Below, piece after piece: positions 28,295-35,687 of a DNA stretch of 46,500 nt (positions are counted from its first letter, which is position 1; every line of letters starts with the position of its first letter). Position numbers and translations under genes: made by a program. Source of the stretch: a virus (Duplodnaviria > Caudoviricetes); IMG/VR virus record IMGVR_UViG_3300020045_008194, positions 1 to 46,500 of that record; one strand, 5' to 3'. The notes under the pieces were generated by a model. That model saw only the letters and a program-made list of their open reading frames with translations, was not told the DNA's origin and ran no database searches.

Positions 28295-28548
28295 ATAAGG
28301 CATATAGATTTTTTGACTTAAACAAGACAGCTCAAGCGCGTGCAATAATTCAATATATCGATGGATGGGAAGAAACTCATGATGAGGATGACATGACCTT
28401 TGATGAAGTAAATGAAATTCTTTGCGATAACAATTTAGAGGAAGGATATTGGTACACTCGCAGAGGTTGGGAAATTCCAGAAAATGAAGAACACTTATAC
28501 AATTTTGAGGATAGTGATATAAATGAAGACATAGGAGTATTGATATGA
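28291..28548 (+). CDS. Acidic hypothetical protein
   Basis: 85 aa, Asp/Glu-rich, GGAG RBS. Confidence 0.65.
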   Translation: MNKAYRFFDLNKTAQARAIIQYIDGWEETHDEDDMTFDEVNEILCDNNLEEGYWYTRRGWEIPENEEHLYNFEDSDINEDIGVLI

Positions 28549-28829
28549 AATATAAAATAGATCAAGCATTAGAGTTATTGGAAAAAGTTTTGGATGACGT
28601 TCAAACACCAAAGAATATCGAAGCTGCGTACGAACTTAAGAAAATTCTTAAAGACTTACAAGGAAGTAGAGGCGACGAAATTATTTTTAGTTTAAATGTA
28701 GCTGACTTTGACGGTATTGCAGGAAGGGAGTTAACAGAAGACGAGATTGATACTTGCATTAGTAAGTTTTCGATTGAGTCATGGCCGGAATATGTAGAGA
28801 TATTTTTAAGCAGTAGAGGTATTGAATGA
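28545..28829 (+). CDS. Hypothetical protein
   Basis: 94 aa, AGGAG RBS, GRELTEDE motif. Confidence 0.65.
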   Translation: MKYKIDQALELLEKVLDDVQTPKNIEAAYELKKILKDLQGSRGDEIIFSLNVADFDGIAGRELTEDEIDTCISKFSIESWPEYVEIFLSSRGIE

Positions 28830-29005
28830 GTGTTGATAAAAAATATATAAGCTTTACAGCTTTATTACATGGAGATCCTGTACGTTTAACTGCCACTGTA
28901 GGAGATTTTGAAATTGTATCAAACGATAACACCGAAAGTTTTAACGTGGAACATTTTGCAAAACATTTAAAAGATATAGAATTCCAAGAGGTGTACGATG
29001 AATAA
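28826..29005 (+). CDS. Small hypothetical protein (59 aa)
   Basis: Hand-translated MSVDKKYISFTALLHGDPV...; ATGA overlap, GAGGT RBS. Confidence 0.6.
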   Translation: MSVDKKYISFTALLHGDPVRLTATVGDFEIVSNDNTESFNVEHFAKHLKDIEFQEVYDE

Positions 29006-29180
29006 ACCAATTAAACCAGAACAATTATTACAACCTTTAAATTCTACTCCAGCTACCAAAGAAGAAGAACTTATTGAAAAGCTTAAGCAATTTAAGAAGT
29101 ATTTAGAAAACGCTCGTAACTCCTCAACTGTCGATGTTTTACGTGATGGTTTTGACGATCTTTTTAGCGAGTACATTTGA
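28998..29180 (+). CDS. Hypothetical protein
   Basis: 60 aa, GAGGTG RBS. Confidence 0.55.
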   Translation: MNKPIKPEQLLQPLNSTPATKEEELIEKLKQFKKYLENARNSSTVDVLRDGFDDLFSEYI

Positions 29181-29205
29181 CAGTAAATGAACAATGTTCT
29201 AAAGT
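29177..29205 (+). promoter_or_regulatory. sigma70-like promoter with operator in the spacer
   Basis: TTGACA-N17-TAAAGT; TGAACAATGTTCT at 29188-29200. Confidence 0.65.
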
Positions 29206-29229
29206 ACTTTAACGGAATAGGAGCGGAAA

Positions 29230-29826
29230 ATGGAAACAAAAAGAAAGGAAAAAACCTTAAGTGCTACTGGTGGAGTAAGCTTAATTCAATATGAAAAGCT
29301 TTCAAACTTTTGTAAAATGTACAACACTTATATTAGTAGGCTTGTTGGAATTGCAATTCACAATGAACTTGAAAAAGATCAACCTTTTAAATTAGATTTA
29401 ACTCTTCCAGATTTAAACAACTATGTACCTAATGCGTTTGCCGAGCAAGCTGGAAAAATTCTACATTATTTAAAAGACTCCGAGATAAATTTCTCTTTAG
29501 AAATGTTATATTTAGTGAGAGATGATATAGGAATTTTAGATAAAGAAGAATTTTTAGGAGGTCTAAAAACGTGTTTAGACGCTGGAATTTTAGAAACCTT
29601 TATATACAATCCAAGAATAAAAGAAGATCGTTACAAGCGTGAAGATGTTCATCCGTTAAAAAGAAACCGTCACGTAGTTAAAGACGAAAAGCATTTCAGA
29701 TTGAAGCAAAATAGTCCAGCTATGAAAAAGAAAGCGATTAGAAAAAGCATGAAAGATGCTCGTGATATTGCAGCTTACGAGAGAGTTAAGAAGAAACTAA
29801 AACGTGAATTTGAAGGTAAAGTATGA
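29230..29826 (+). CDS. Putative DNA-binding regulator (possible N-terminal ribbon-helix-helix)
   Basis: GGVSLIQYEKLSNFCKMYNTYISRLVGIAIHNEL fits an RHH-like pattern; basic C-terminus; own promoter carries the operator. Confidence 0.5.
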   Translation: METKRKEKTLSATGGVSLIQYEKLSNFCKMYNTYISRLVGIAIHNELEKDQPFKLDLTLPDLNNYVPNAFAEQAGKILHYLKDSEINFSLEMLYLVRDDIGILDKEEFLGGLKTCLDAGILETFIYNPRIKEDRYKREDVHPLKRNRHVVKDEKHFRLKQNSPAMKKKAIRKSMKDARDIAAYERVKKKLKREFEGKV

Positions 29827-29978
29827 TCCTTATATTAATTGTTGTAGTTCTCTTGATTGTGTTACTTAATAAAAAACATAAAAGTGAGAAAGATATTTGT
29901 TGGATATGTTACACTTGTTATGCTGCTAATCCTTTAAGTGAAATTAAGTGTATTCATTGCGGAGACTTTAATGGTTGA
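29823..29978 (+). CDS. Membrane-anchored RanBP2-type zinc-finger microprotein (51 aa)
   Basis: Hand-translated MILILIVVVLLIVLLNKKHKSEKDICWICYTCYAANPLSEIKCIHCGDFNG. Confidence 0.65.
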   Translation: MILILIVVVLLIVLLNKKHKSEKDICWICYTCYAANPLSEIKCIHCGDFNG

Positions 29979-30099
29979 ACATTCAGTATCATTCTTGGAA
30001 GCTACAGAATCGTTATGGTTCTTAGTATTACTTGCGTGGTTTATATGGAAAGTAGTTGTAGTATTATTTACAGATGTTTTTAAAAGACCAAGGAGATGA
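29971..30099 (+). CDS. Small single-pass membrane protein (42 aa)
   Basis: Hand-translated MVEHSVSFLEATESLWFLVLLAWFIWKVVVVLFTDVFKRPRR; GGAG RBS. Confidence 0.55.
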   Translation: MVEHSVSFLEATESLWFLVLLAWFIWKVVVVLFTDVFKRPRR

Positions 30100-30102
30100 G
30101 AG

Positions 30103-30360
30103 ATGAGCAATCTACCGCCACCCACAAATTATAATTTTACTGTAAAGCTCAAACAAGAGCAGTTAATGATTAAAGAGCTGATAGAGTTCATGAAAATCAA
30201 CGGCCTTTCACACAAAGAGTTTGCTGATATCCTTGGTGTTACAATACAAGCTGTAAATTTATGGCTGGATGGTAAGCGTGAGATCAGTAAAACGACGACA
30301 AGATTAGTAAGACTGTTTCAGAAATATCCATTGTTATTAAGGGAGTTTGGAAAATGTTAA
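30103..30360 (+). CDS. XRE/Cro-family HTH transcriptional regulator
   Basis: GLSHKEFADILGVTIQAVNLWLDGKREI is a typical HTH_XRE signature. Confidence 0.85.
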   Translation: MSNLPPPTNYNFTVKLKQEQLMIKELIEFMKINGLSHKEFADILGVTIQAVNLWLDGKREISKTTTRLVRLFQKYPLLLREFGKC

Positions 30361-30500
30361 AATTAAAATTTGAGTATGAGAAATTTCCACAATCTTCGTA
30401 TTTTAGAAAAATATGGATTTTTAATAAATGGGGGTTCGGTTATCCATCACCCGTAAAAGGTATTAGAATTTTAGGTTTGAATATAGAGATTAGAAAATGA
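30354..30500 (+). CDS. Small hypothetical protein (48 aa)
   Basis: Hand-translated MLKLKFEYEKFPQSSYFRKIW...; overlaps both neighbours. Confidence 0.45.
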   Translation: MLKLKFEYEKFPQSSYFRKIWIFNKWGFGYPSPVKGIRILGLNIEIRK

Positions 30501-30757
30501 GCAGACCTTTCAACGACATAACAGGTAAAACATTTAACAAGCTTACAGCTATCGAACTAGTTGAAAGCAGGATGGTAGTTTACCCTAAGTCTGGTAAAAA
30601 GCAATGGCATTACTACTGGAACTGCAAATGTACTTGTGGCAACGAGCGTATTGTAAACTCCCTGTACTTGCGAAAGAATCAAGTCAAGTGTTGCAAGACT
30701 TGTGTACCTAAACCTAACAGAACAATATTTGAAGGAGTTCCTAGTGTCCAAGCTTAA
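30497..30757 (+). CDS. Stand-alone Cys-rich domain of the type found N-terminal in HNH/AP2 endonucleases
   Basis: DITGKTFNKLTAIE...YWNCKCTCGN...L...CCKTC; no HNH nuclease domain follows. Confidence 0.65.
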   Translation: MSRPFNDITGKTFNKLTAIELVESRMVVYPKSGKKQWHYYWNCKCTCGNERIVNSLYLRKNQVKCCKTCVPKPNRTIFEGVPSVQA

Positions 30758-30953
30758 AGGATGGAAAGAGCGTAAGATAGAGTGGCAAAATACTCCAGAA
30801 GGTAAACGCTTTAAAGAGTTAGCAGGTACAGAGCTTTTTGAAACTAAAGAGCTTGAAGATATTTGCGACCGATATCGTAGAGGTTATTATCAAGATAAAG
30901 ATTTCTTGGCCATTATAAAATCAGAAATAAAACAATTGGAGTTATTACCATGA
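30702..30953 (+). CDS. Hypothetical protein
   Basis: ORF in operon; true start may be the GTG near 30744 after AGGAG. Confidence 0.5.
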   Translation: MYLNLTEQYLKEFLVSKLKGWKERKIEWQNTPEGKRFKELAGTELFETKELEDICDRYRRGYYQDKDFLAIIKSEIKQLELLP

Positions 30954-31138
30954 AAACCAAAACAGTCGTTACAACATTCGGAAAACATCCTATCTTAGAA
31001 ATTCATGATGCAAATGAAGTAGGAATTAACGGTGGTGATAAAGCAAAAGCTCTAGTATCATTCGGTCTTAAAAAAGCTGAAGCAATTTTAGCGTCTATTG
31101 ATGAGATTAAAAAGTTTGTTGAGGAGAATAAGAAATGA
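30950..31138 (+). CDS. Small conserved-looking hypothetical protein
   Basis: 62 aa; HPILEI...SFGLKKAEAILASIDEIKKFVEEN. Confidence 0.65.
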   Translation: MKTKTVVTTFGKHPILEIHDANEVGINGGDKAKALVSFGLKKAEAILASIDEIKKFVEENKK

Positions 31139-31359
31139 AAACTTTTACAGTAACTTTTAACGAAGAAGATATAAAAAATATTAACCAAGCTTATCATGAT
31201 GCTATGGAAAATTTTAAAGTTATTGAATATAACAAATTAGCTGGACAAGTTTTAGGTAACAATGTCTATTTTAGAATGATTGTTGACGGACGTTACGGAT
31301 CAAATGTAAGAGATGGTGATCCTATCACATTCAATACAATTCAGGAGATTTTAAAGTGA
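31135..31359 (+). CDS. Hypothetical protein
   Basis: ATGA overlap, GAGGAG RBS. Confidence 0.6.
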   Translation: MKTFTVTFNEEDIKNINQAYHDAMENFKVIEYNKLAGQVLGNNVYFRMIVDGRYGSNVRDGDPITFNTIQEILK

Positions 31360-31592
31360 GTCAAACATGGGAGTGTATTGTTGATCCTAAAGATTTGCAC
31401 GCTGCTGGTGACATTCTAGCTTTTCATCAAATTGAGTTAATGAAAGGGCCTGTAGAATACGATGTAAAATTTAAAGAATTCAAATGTAAAAAAGGCTGGA
31501 GACTCGAAGCAGTTAGTGAAGAGATTATACTAAATGAAAAGAATCATCGTTATAGATTTATAAAAGATATTGAAAAGGATGAAATAAAATGA
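31356..31592 (+). CDS. Hypothetical protein
   Basis: GTGA overlap, AGGAG RBS. Confidence 0.6.
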   Translation: MSQTWECIVDPKDLHAAGDILAFHQIELMKGPVEYDVKFKEFKCKKGWRLEAVSEEIILNEKNHRYRFIKDIEKDEIK

Positions 31593-31891
31593 GCATCACA
31601 GATAAATTCGGTAAACCTTATTTCACTAAAGACGTAGAGATGGAGCAAGCTTCATTTCCTACACTGTCAGGTAAAGAGATTCGATTTCCAAACATGCGTT
31701 GGGGTTGGGAAGTTACTGTAGATATTAAAGGTGAGAAACCGATGTATCTTGGTAACAGAGAAGGTGAAGATTTTGAAACACAAGATGAAGCTCACGAACA
31801 CATGAAAGATTTCTCAGCAGATCTTTTAAATACTTTATGTAAGCAGCTAGGTCTTCCAGTTATTAGAAGTGATATCATTAAGGAAGTGTAA
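31589..31891 (+). CDS. Hypothetical protein
   Basis: 100 aa, ATGA overlap. Confidence 0.6.
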   Translation: MSITDKFGKPYFTKDVEMEQASFPTLSGKEIRFPNMRWGWEVTVDIKGEKPMYLGNREGEDFETQDEAHEHMKDFSADLLNTLCKQLGLPVIRSDIIKEV

Positions 31892-32073
31892 TGATTCCAC
31901 TTAAAGAACTTCCCACCATCTGGCTTATCGATATTGCTAAAGGTAACTGGTCACTCGTACCAACTATAAATCCTACAGCAATCACCAAGGAAATGAATGA
32001 GTGGTGTGAAGCTGCGAAAGCTAAAATGATAAAGGACTTAAGAGATGAACTTAAACGTAGAGGTAGCGAATGA
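31891..32073 (+). CDS. Hypothetical protein
   Basis: 60 aa, TAATG coupling. Confidence 0.55.
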   Translation: MIPLKELPTIWLIDIAKGNWSLVPTINPTAITKEMNEWCEAAKAKMIKDLRDELKRRGSE

Positions 32074-32438
32074 TACATTCACCAGAACTTAGAAAAGCTA
32101 AAAAAGAAATTGCAATAATTTTAAGAAAATATAACATTGCTGGAGCTGTACTACTTGCAGACGGAAAAGGCATGGGAGAATACGGCAACTACATTGATCT
32201 TCCAAACTGGTCGGCCGTTTCATTTGAAAATACATTTCTAAGGATTAAAACAACTGGAAAAGATATTGCGAGCAGAGAGGTTGCAGAAAAAACTGTAAAT
32301 GCTTTAGTTATTATTAGAGATATGGCAATTCAGCAAGCGACTTTAAATCAGCAAATTTTAGATAAACTTGGAGAGCATTTTAAAATTATAGAAGATAAGA
32401 ACCCTAAGAATAATCCTGAAGAAAATATTTTACAATGA
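32070..32438 (+). CDS. Hypothetical protein
   Basis: 122 aa, ATGA overlap; last gene of the early plus-strand run. Confidence 0.6.
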   Translation: MIHSPELRKAKKEIAIILRKYNIAGAVLLADGKGMGEYGNYIDLPNWSAVSFENTFLRIKTTGKDIASREVAEKTVNALVIIRDMAIQQATLNQQILDKLGEHFKIIEDKNPKNNPEENILQ

Positions 32439-34370
32439 TTAAACTTCCCTTCCTTCCATATCAGTAATAACAAAACATTTATCTTTAACAGTTAGATCAG
32501 GATTCTCGATCATTTTAATTCTTTCGCCTTGATGCCCTTGGTACTGAAGGAAATCAGTTGCACGCTTTACACGTTCTTTAGAAATCTTCTCGTCCATGAA
32601 ACTGAAATGTGTAGTGATAACAGAAATTGTAGGATAACGGCCACTCAAACGTTCTTCTTTAATGAACACAAAAATACGTTCGATATCTGTACCTTTCTCT
32701 TGAACCTCGCGCATCTTCTGCTCTACCAAGGTAACTCGCGAAAATAAATATCCCTCACGTACTATAAGAAAAGGTTTATTGTAAAGAGGGGAGCCATCGG
32801 AAAATTTGTTGACATTACAAAGAATCGCGGATTGATCGTCACCAAGCTCAAACCCTGTAAGTTCTCTATATTCATCTTCAAATACTGCTCGTAATACTCT
32901 TGAAACTCGGGCGTGAGATGGGAGTCCAGTACCTCCTCGTCCTGCAAATTGCGACATATCTTTACTCGTAGAGGAAGCTTTCCCCATGTGGTTAACCATT
33001 TCAGTACAGGCATTTGATCTCTCCGTTAGAGCTGACATAAATTTACTTACAGCTTTTGCCATGTCGTTAAGTGCTGCTTCAGATCCCCAAAATGAAGAGA
33101 TCGGATCGAACACAATTAAACCTGGACGTATATCTTCGATTGCTTGTGTAACTTTTTTAAGAGCATCGTGATTCATAGAAATGAAACCATCTTTCGTCTT
33201 GGTAATGAGACACATATCTGTATCAAGTTTAACAACGATAGAGTCCATGACCTTTGCAACTTTTATAGGATCGTCTAAAATTCCCATTTGTTTCATGATA
33301 GCACCAAGAAGTGCTCCGATCTTTTCGCGTGTATCTTCACCTGTGATAAAAAGTGTACGTCTAGGAGCTACACATTCAAAGCCGAGGAAGTTTTCACCTA
33401 GAGCAAGACAAATAGCTTCGTTTAATTTAAGGGTAGTTTTACCAGTACCACCATCTGCTGTAGTGATATGGATATCTTCAGTAGACCAATCTTTGAATAG
33501 TTGCGGTTTACGTAACTTACTCATGTTACATAAATCATACTTAGTAAAAAATGCGGGTGTCCAGCGGTCATTAACTACAGGTTCTTCTAAAGGGACTAAA
33601 AGTTGAGGAGCTGTGTTACCGAACGGACTGGTAAAGGCGTTTTTACCGCCTCCAGAGAGTCCAGATTCAATTGTAGCTTTAGCTTCATAGTCAGGCTTGC
33701 CTCGATCTTTAGCAGCTTTAAAAAGGGCCGTATAAGCTTCCTCGTAACTGATAGATCCTGAAGGGATTAATTGACCAACGCGGTATGATTCTACATTGAG
33801 CACGTTGTTAGATTCACCTTCAGGAGCTTGACGGATATTTTCACATGCTGACTCTAAAATAGCATTTACGATAGAGCTTTCAATCTTTACAAGTTGTGTA
33901 GGATCAACAGTTTGTTTTTCTTGCTTTAGTGCTTGAGCTAACAGCCAATCTGGTGCAGTCGCCAAAGGAGTATTATCTAAACCGTAATAAATTACATATC
34001 CGTCTTCTCCACGTATATCTAAACCTTGATCGAATCCGACTCTGTTACCGTAAATTTTCCCATCTTCAGGATATTTGAAAAGATAATGTTTTCCACCTGA
34101 CAAAGTATTTTGAGACATGGTTAAAGGAAGGTAATATTTTTTAATAGTCTCCATACCTCCAGACTTAACGTCCACATCTAAAGCTATAACTCTATTTACA
34201 GATCCGGTTGGCAAGCCCCAGAATTTAATTTTGTGTCCATAGTCTTGTTGCCACTTGGTAATTGTAGCTTGATCAAACGTAGAAATTTCTTTCCAGTTCT
34301 TTGCTTCAGCGATAGGAACTTTACGACCATCGTGAGTTAATGTAGCAGGAAATATTCTCCAATTTACCAC
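32439..34370 (-). CDS. Bifunctional primase-polymerase fused to AAA (RepA-like) helicase
   Basis: Prim-Pol motifs GLPTG, LDVDVK, TLSGGKHYLF, DIRGEDGYV; Walker A ADGGTGKT, ITGED, Walker B IVFDP, NHMGK, GRGGTG. Confidence 0.9.
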   Translation of the reverse strand: MVNWRIFPATLTHDGRKVPIAEAKNWKEISTFDQATITKWQQDYGHKIKFWGLPTGSVNRVIALDVDVKSGGMETIKKYYLPLTMSQNTLSGGKHYLFKYPEDGKIYGNRVGFDQGLDIRGEDGYVIYYGLDNTPLATAPDWLLAQALKQEKQTVDPTQLVKIESSIVNAILESACENIRQAPEGESNNVLNVESYRVGQLIPSGSISYEEAYTALFKAAKDRGKPDYEAKATIESGLSGGGKNAFTSPFGNTAPQLLVPLEEPVVNDRWTPAFFTKYDLCNMSKLRKPQLFKDWSTEDIHITTADGGTGKTTLKLNEAICLALGENFLGFECVAPRRTLFITGEDTREKIGALLGAIMKQMGILDDPIKVAKVMDSIVVKLDTDMCLITKTKDGFISMNHDALKKVTQAIEDIRPGLIVFDPISSFWGSEAALNDMAKAVSKFMSALTERSNACTEMVNHMGKASSTSKDMSQFAGRGGTGLPSHARVSRVLRAVFEDEYRELTGFELGDDQSAILCNVNKFSDGSPLYNKPFLIVREGYLFSRVTLVEQKMREVQEKGTDIERIFVFIKEERLSGRYPTISVITTHFSFMDEKISKERVKRATDFLQYQGHQGERIKMIENPDLTVKDKCFVITDMEGREV

Positions 34371-34885
34371 GGTGTTACTCCATGATAATCGAGATACGCT
34401 AAGAAAAATCTTTTGTAAGCTGATTCTTTATCTTTACTTCTTCCAAGTTTTATATTTTTACCTTCTATTACAATTTGCGCTACCCAAAGTTTTTTTCTTT
34501 TGTCAAAAGTAATTCCATATCTTTCCTTAGATCTAATTACGTGTTGAAGATGATTAGAATTGTGTCGAGATGTAGAGTACTCAAGATTTTCTAAATTATT
34601 ATTTTGCTTGTTTCCGTCTTTGTGATTGACTCCTAATTCAGATTCTTCCTGAAAAGCTAAGAGAACTAAACGATGCACTGACTGAGGGAATTTTTTACCG
34701 TCAATGCCGAATGTAACTTTACAATAACCTTTTTTGTCTAAGAAAATACTTAATATTTTTTCTCGAATAATACACACTCGTCCATTAGAATGGGTCGTAA
34801 ATCTTAATAGACTTTTAACTCTACCTAAATTTGAAACTTGATATCGATTTTCGTATCCGGGAATGTCTTTCCATATTTCATTCAT
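34364..34885 (-). CDS. NUMOD4-HNH homing endonuclease with AP2-like C-terminus
   Basis: EIWKDIPGYENRYQVSNLGRVKS (NUMOD4), VHRLV...VNHKDGNKQNNNLENLEY (HNH), WVAQIVIEGKNIKLG (AP2-like). Confidence 0.92.
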   Translation of the reverse strand: MNEIWKDIPGYENRYQVSNLGRVKSLLRFTTHSNGRVCIIREKILSIFLDKKGYCKVTFGIDGKKFPQSVHRLVLLAFQEESELGVNHKDGNKQNNNLENLEYSTSRHNSNHLQHVIRSKERYGITFDKRKKLWVAQIVIEGKNIKLGRSKDKESAYKRFFLAYLDYHGVTPW

Positions 34886-34985
34886 GAAGTCTCTCTTAGT
34901 TCAGTCTTGTTAAAAAATCACTCATCAAAGTAGAGACTGTATACTTGTCAGCAGGTTTATAACGTCTGCCTATTAATGAGTGAGG
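34886..34985 (-). promoter_or_regulatory. Structured pseudoknot-like leader of the HNH gene
   Basis: 8-bp stem TCACTCAT/ATGAGTGA plus U6, inner hairpin, and loop AGTCTCT complementary to AGAGACT next to the start codon. Confidence 0.5.
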
Positions 34986-34990
34986 TACTA

Positions 34991-35380
34991 TTATTTAAAA
35001 ATATTTAAAAGGTTGTCAAGCTTATTGATGAAAGCTGCAAAGCCTCCGTTAGCTTTCACCCAGTTAATAAAATTCAACTGTGCAATTTCACGCTCGTCTA
35101 ATTTTTTATCAGGACTCCAATCTTCCTTTTTAACTTCAACTGCTGTAAAGATCGCTACAGTTTTGCCGACCATATCTGGAGTAATTAATATCTTGGTAAA
35201 TCCAATGAGATCTGAAGATTTAATTTGCGAGCTATGTTTTTTACCGATGTTACCAAGACCGAAGAAAACCATTCGACCTGTATCATCTTTAAAAGCTCCA
35301 GAGTTATTTCTAAGCAAGTGACAGTTGAATGTACGTGCATTGATTTGTACTTCTTGTTGTACAATGTGTTCATCTTTCAT
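34991..35380 (-). CDS. VRR-NUC domain nuclease
   Basis: LLRNNSG, SSDLIG, AVEVK, QLNFINWVKANGGFA: PD-(D/E)xK VRR-NUC pattern. Confidence 0.88.
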   Translation of the reverse strand: MKDEHIVQQEVQINARTFNCHLLRNNSGAFKDDTGRMVFFGLGNIGKKHSSQIKSSDLIGFTKILITPDMVGKTVAIFTAVEVKKEDWSPDKKLDEREIAQLNFINWVKANGGFAAFINKLDNLLNIFK

Positions 35381-35580
35381 TTACATTTCTCTATTTGACG
35401 TTCAAACAATACATAGTCACATGTACCTTCTCCTGATCCGTCTTCGTATTCATAATCTACTGCAAAATAATTATTGTTATCTGCATCTTTCTTTTTTAAA
35501 ATGTTAGTAACCTTTACTTCAGATATTTCACCTGTAAAGGGATCTGGAATTTTATAAATTTTTCCCAGTGTAATATTCAT
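35377..35580 (-). CDS. Hypothetical protein
   Basis: 67 aa, ATGA overlaps. Confidence 0.55.
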   Translation of the reverse strand: MNITLGKIYKIPDPFTGEISEVKVTNILKKKDADNNNYFAVDYEYEDGSGEGTCDYVLFERQIEKCK

Positions 35581-35687
35581 TTCTTCACCTTCTCCTTCAT
35601 ATCTTCTAAAAATATTTTAAATCGTGCTAAACTTAAACATATCACACAGAGAACTATTCCAACTAAGCAAGCTGCAATCATTGTCAC
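35577..35687 (-). CDS. Small membrane peptide (36 aa)
   Basis: Hand-translated (M)TMIAACLVGIVLCVICLSLARFKIFLEDMKEKVKK; overlaps both neighbours. Confidence 0.4.
   Translation of the reverse strand: MTMIAACLVGIVLCVICLSLARFKIFLEDMKEKVKK

Noticed and set aside
24111-29200. TGAACAWTGTTCA as a Gram-positive LexA box
   Set aside because: Spacing is GAAC-N3-GTTC rather than N4, and the lipoprotein-rich lysis cassette points to a diderm host.
30130-30146. TATAAT plus TTTACTGTAAA palindrome as a second operator
   Set aside because: Lies inside the XRE coding sequence, which has a good RBS at 30103; short AT-rich palindromes are expected by chance.
34886-34985. Hammerhead ribozyme in the HNH leader
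   Set aside because: Only a partial UGAUGAG is present; the full CUGANGA plus GAAA core is not.
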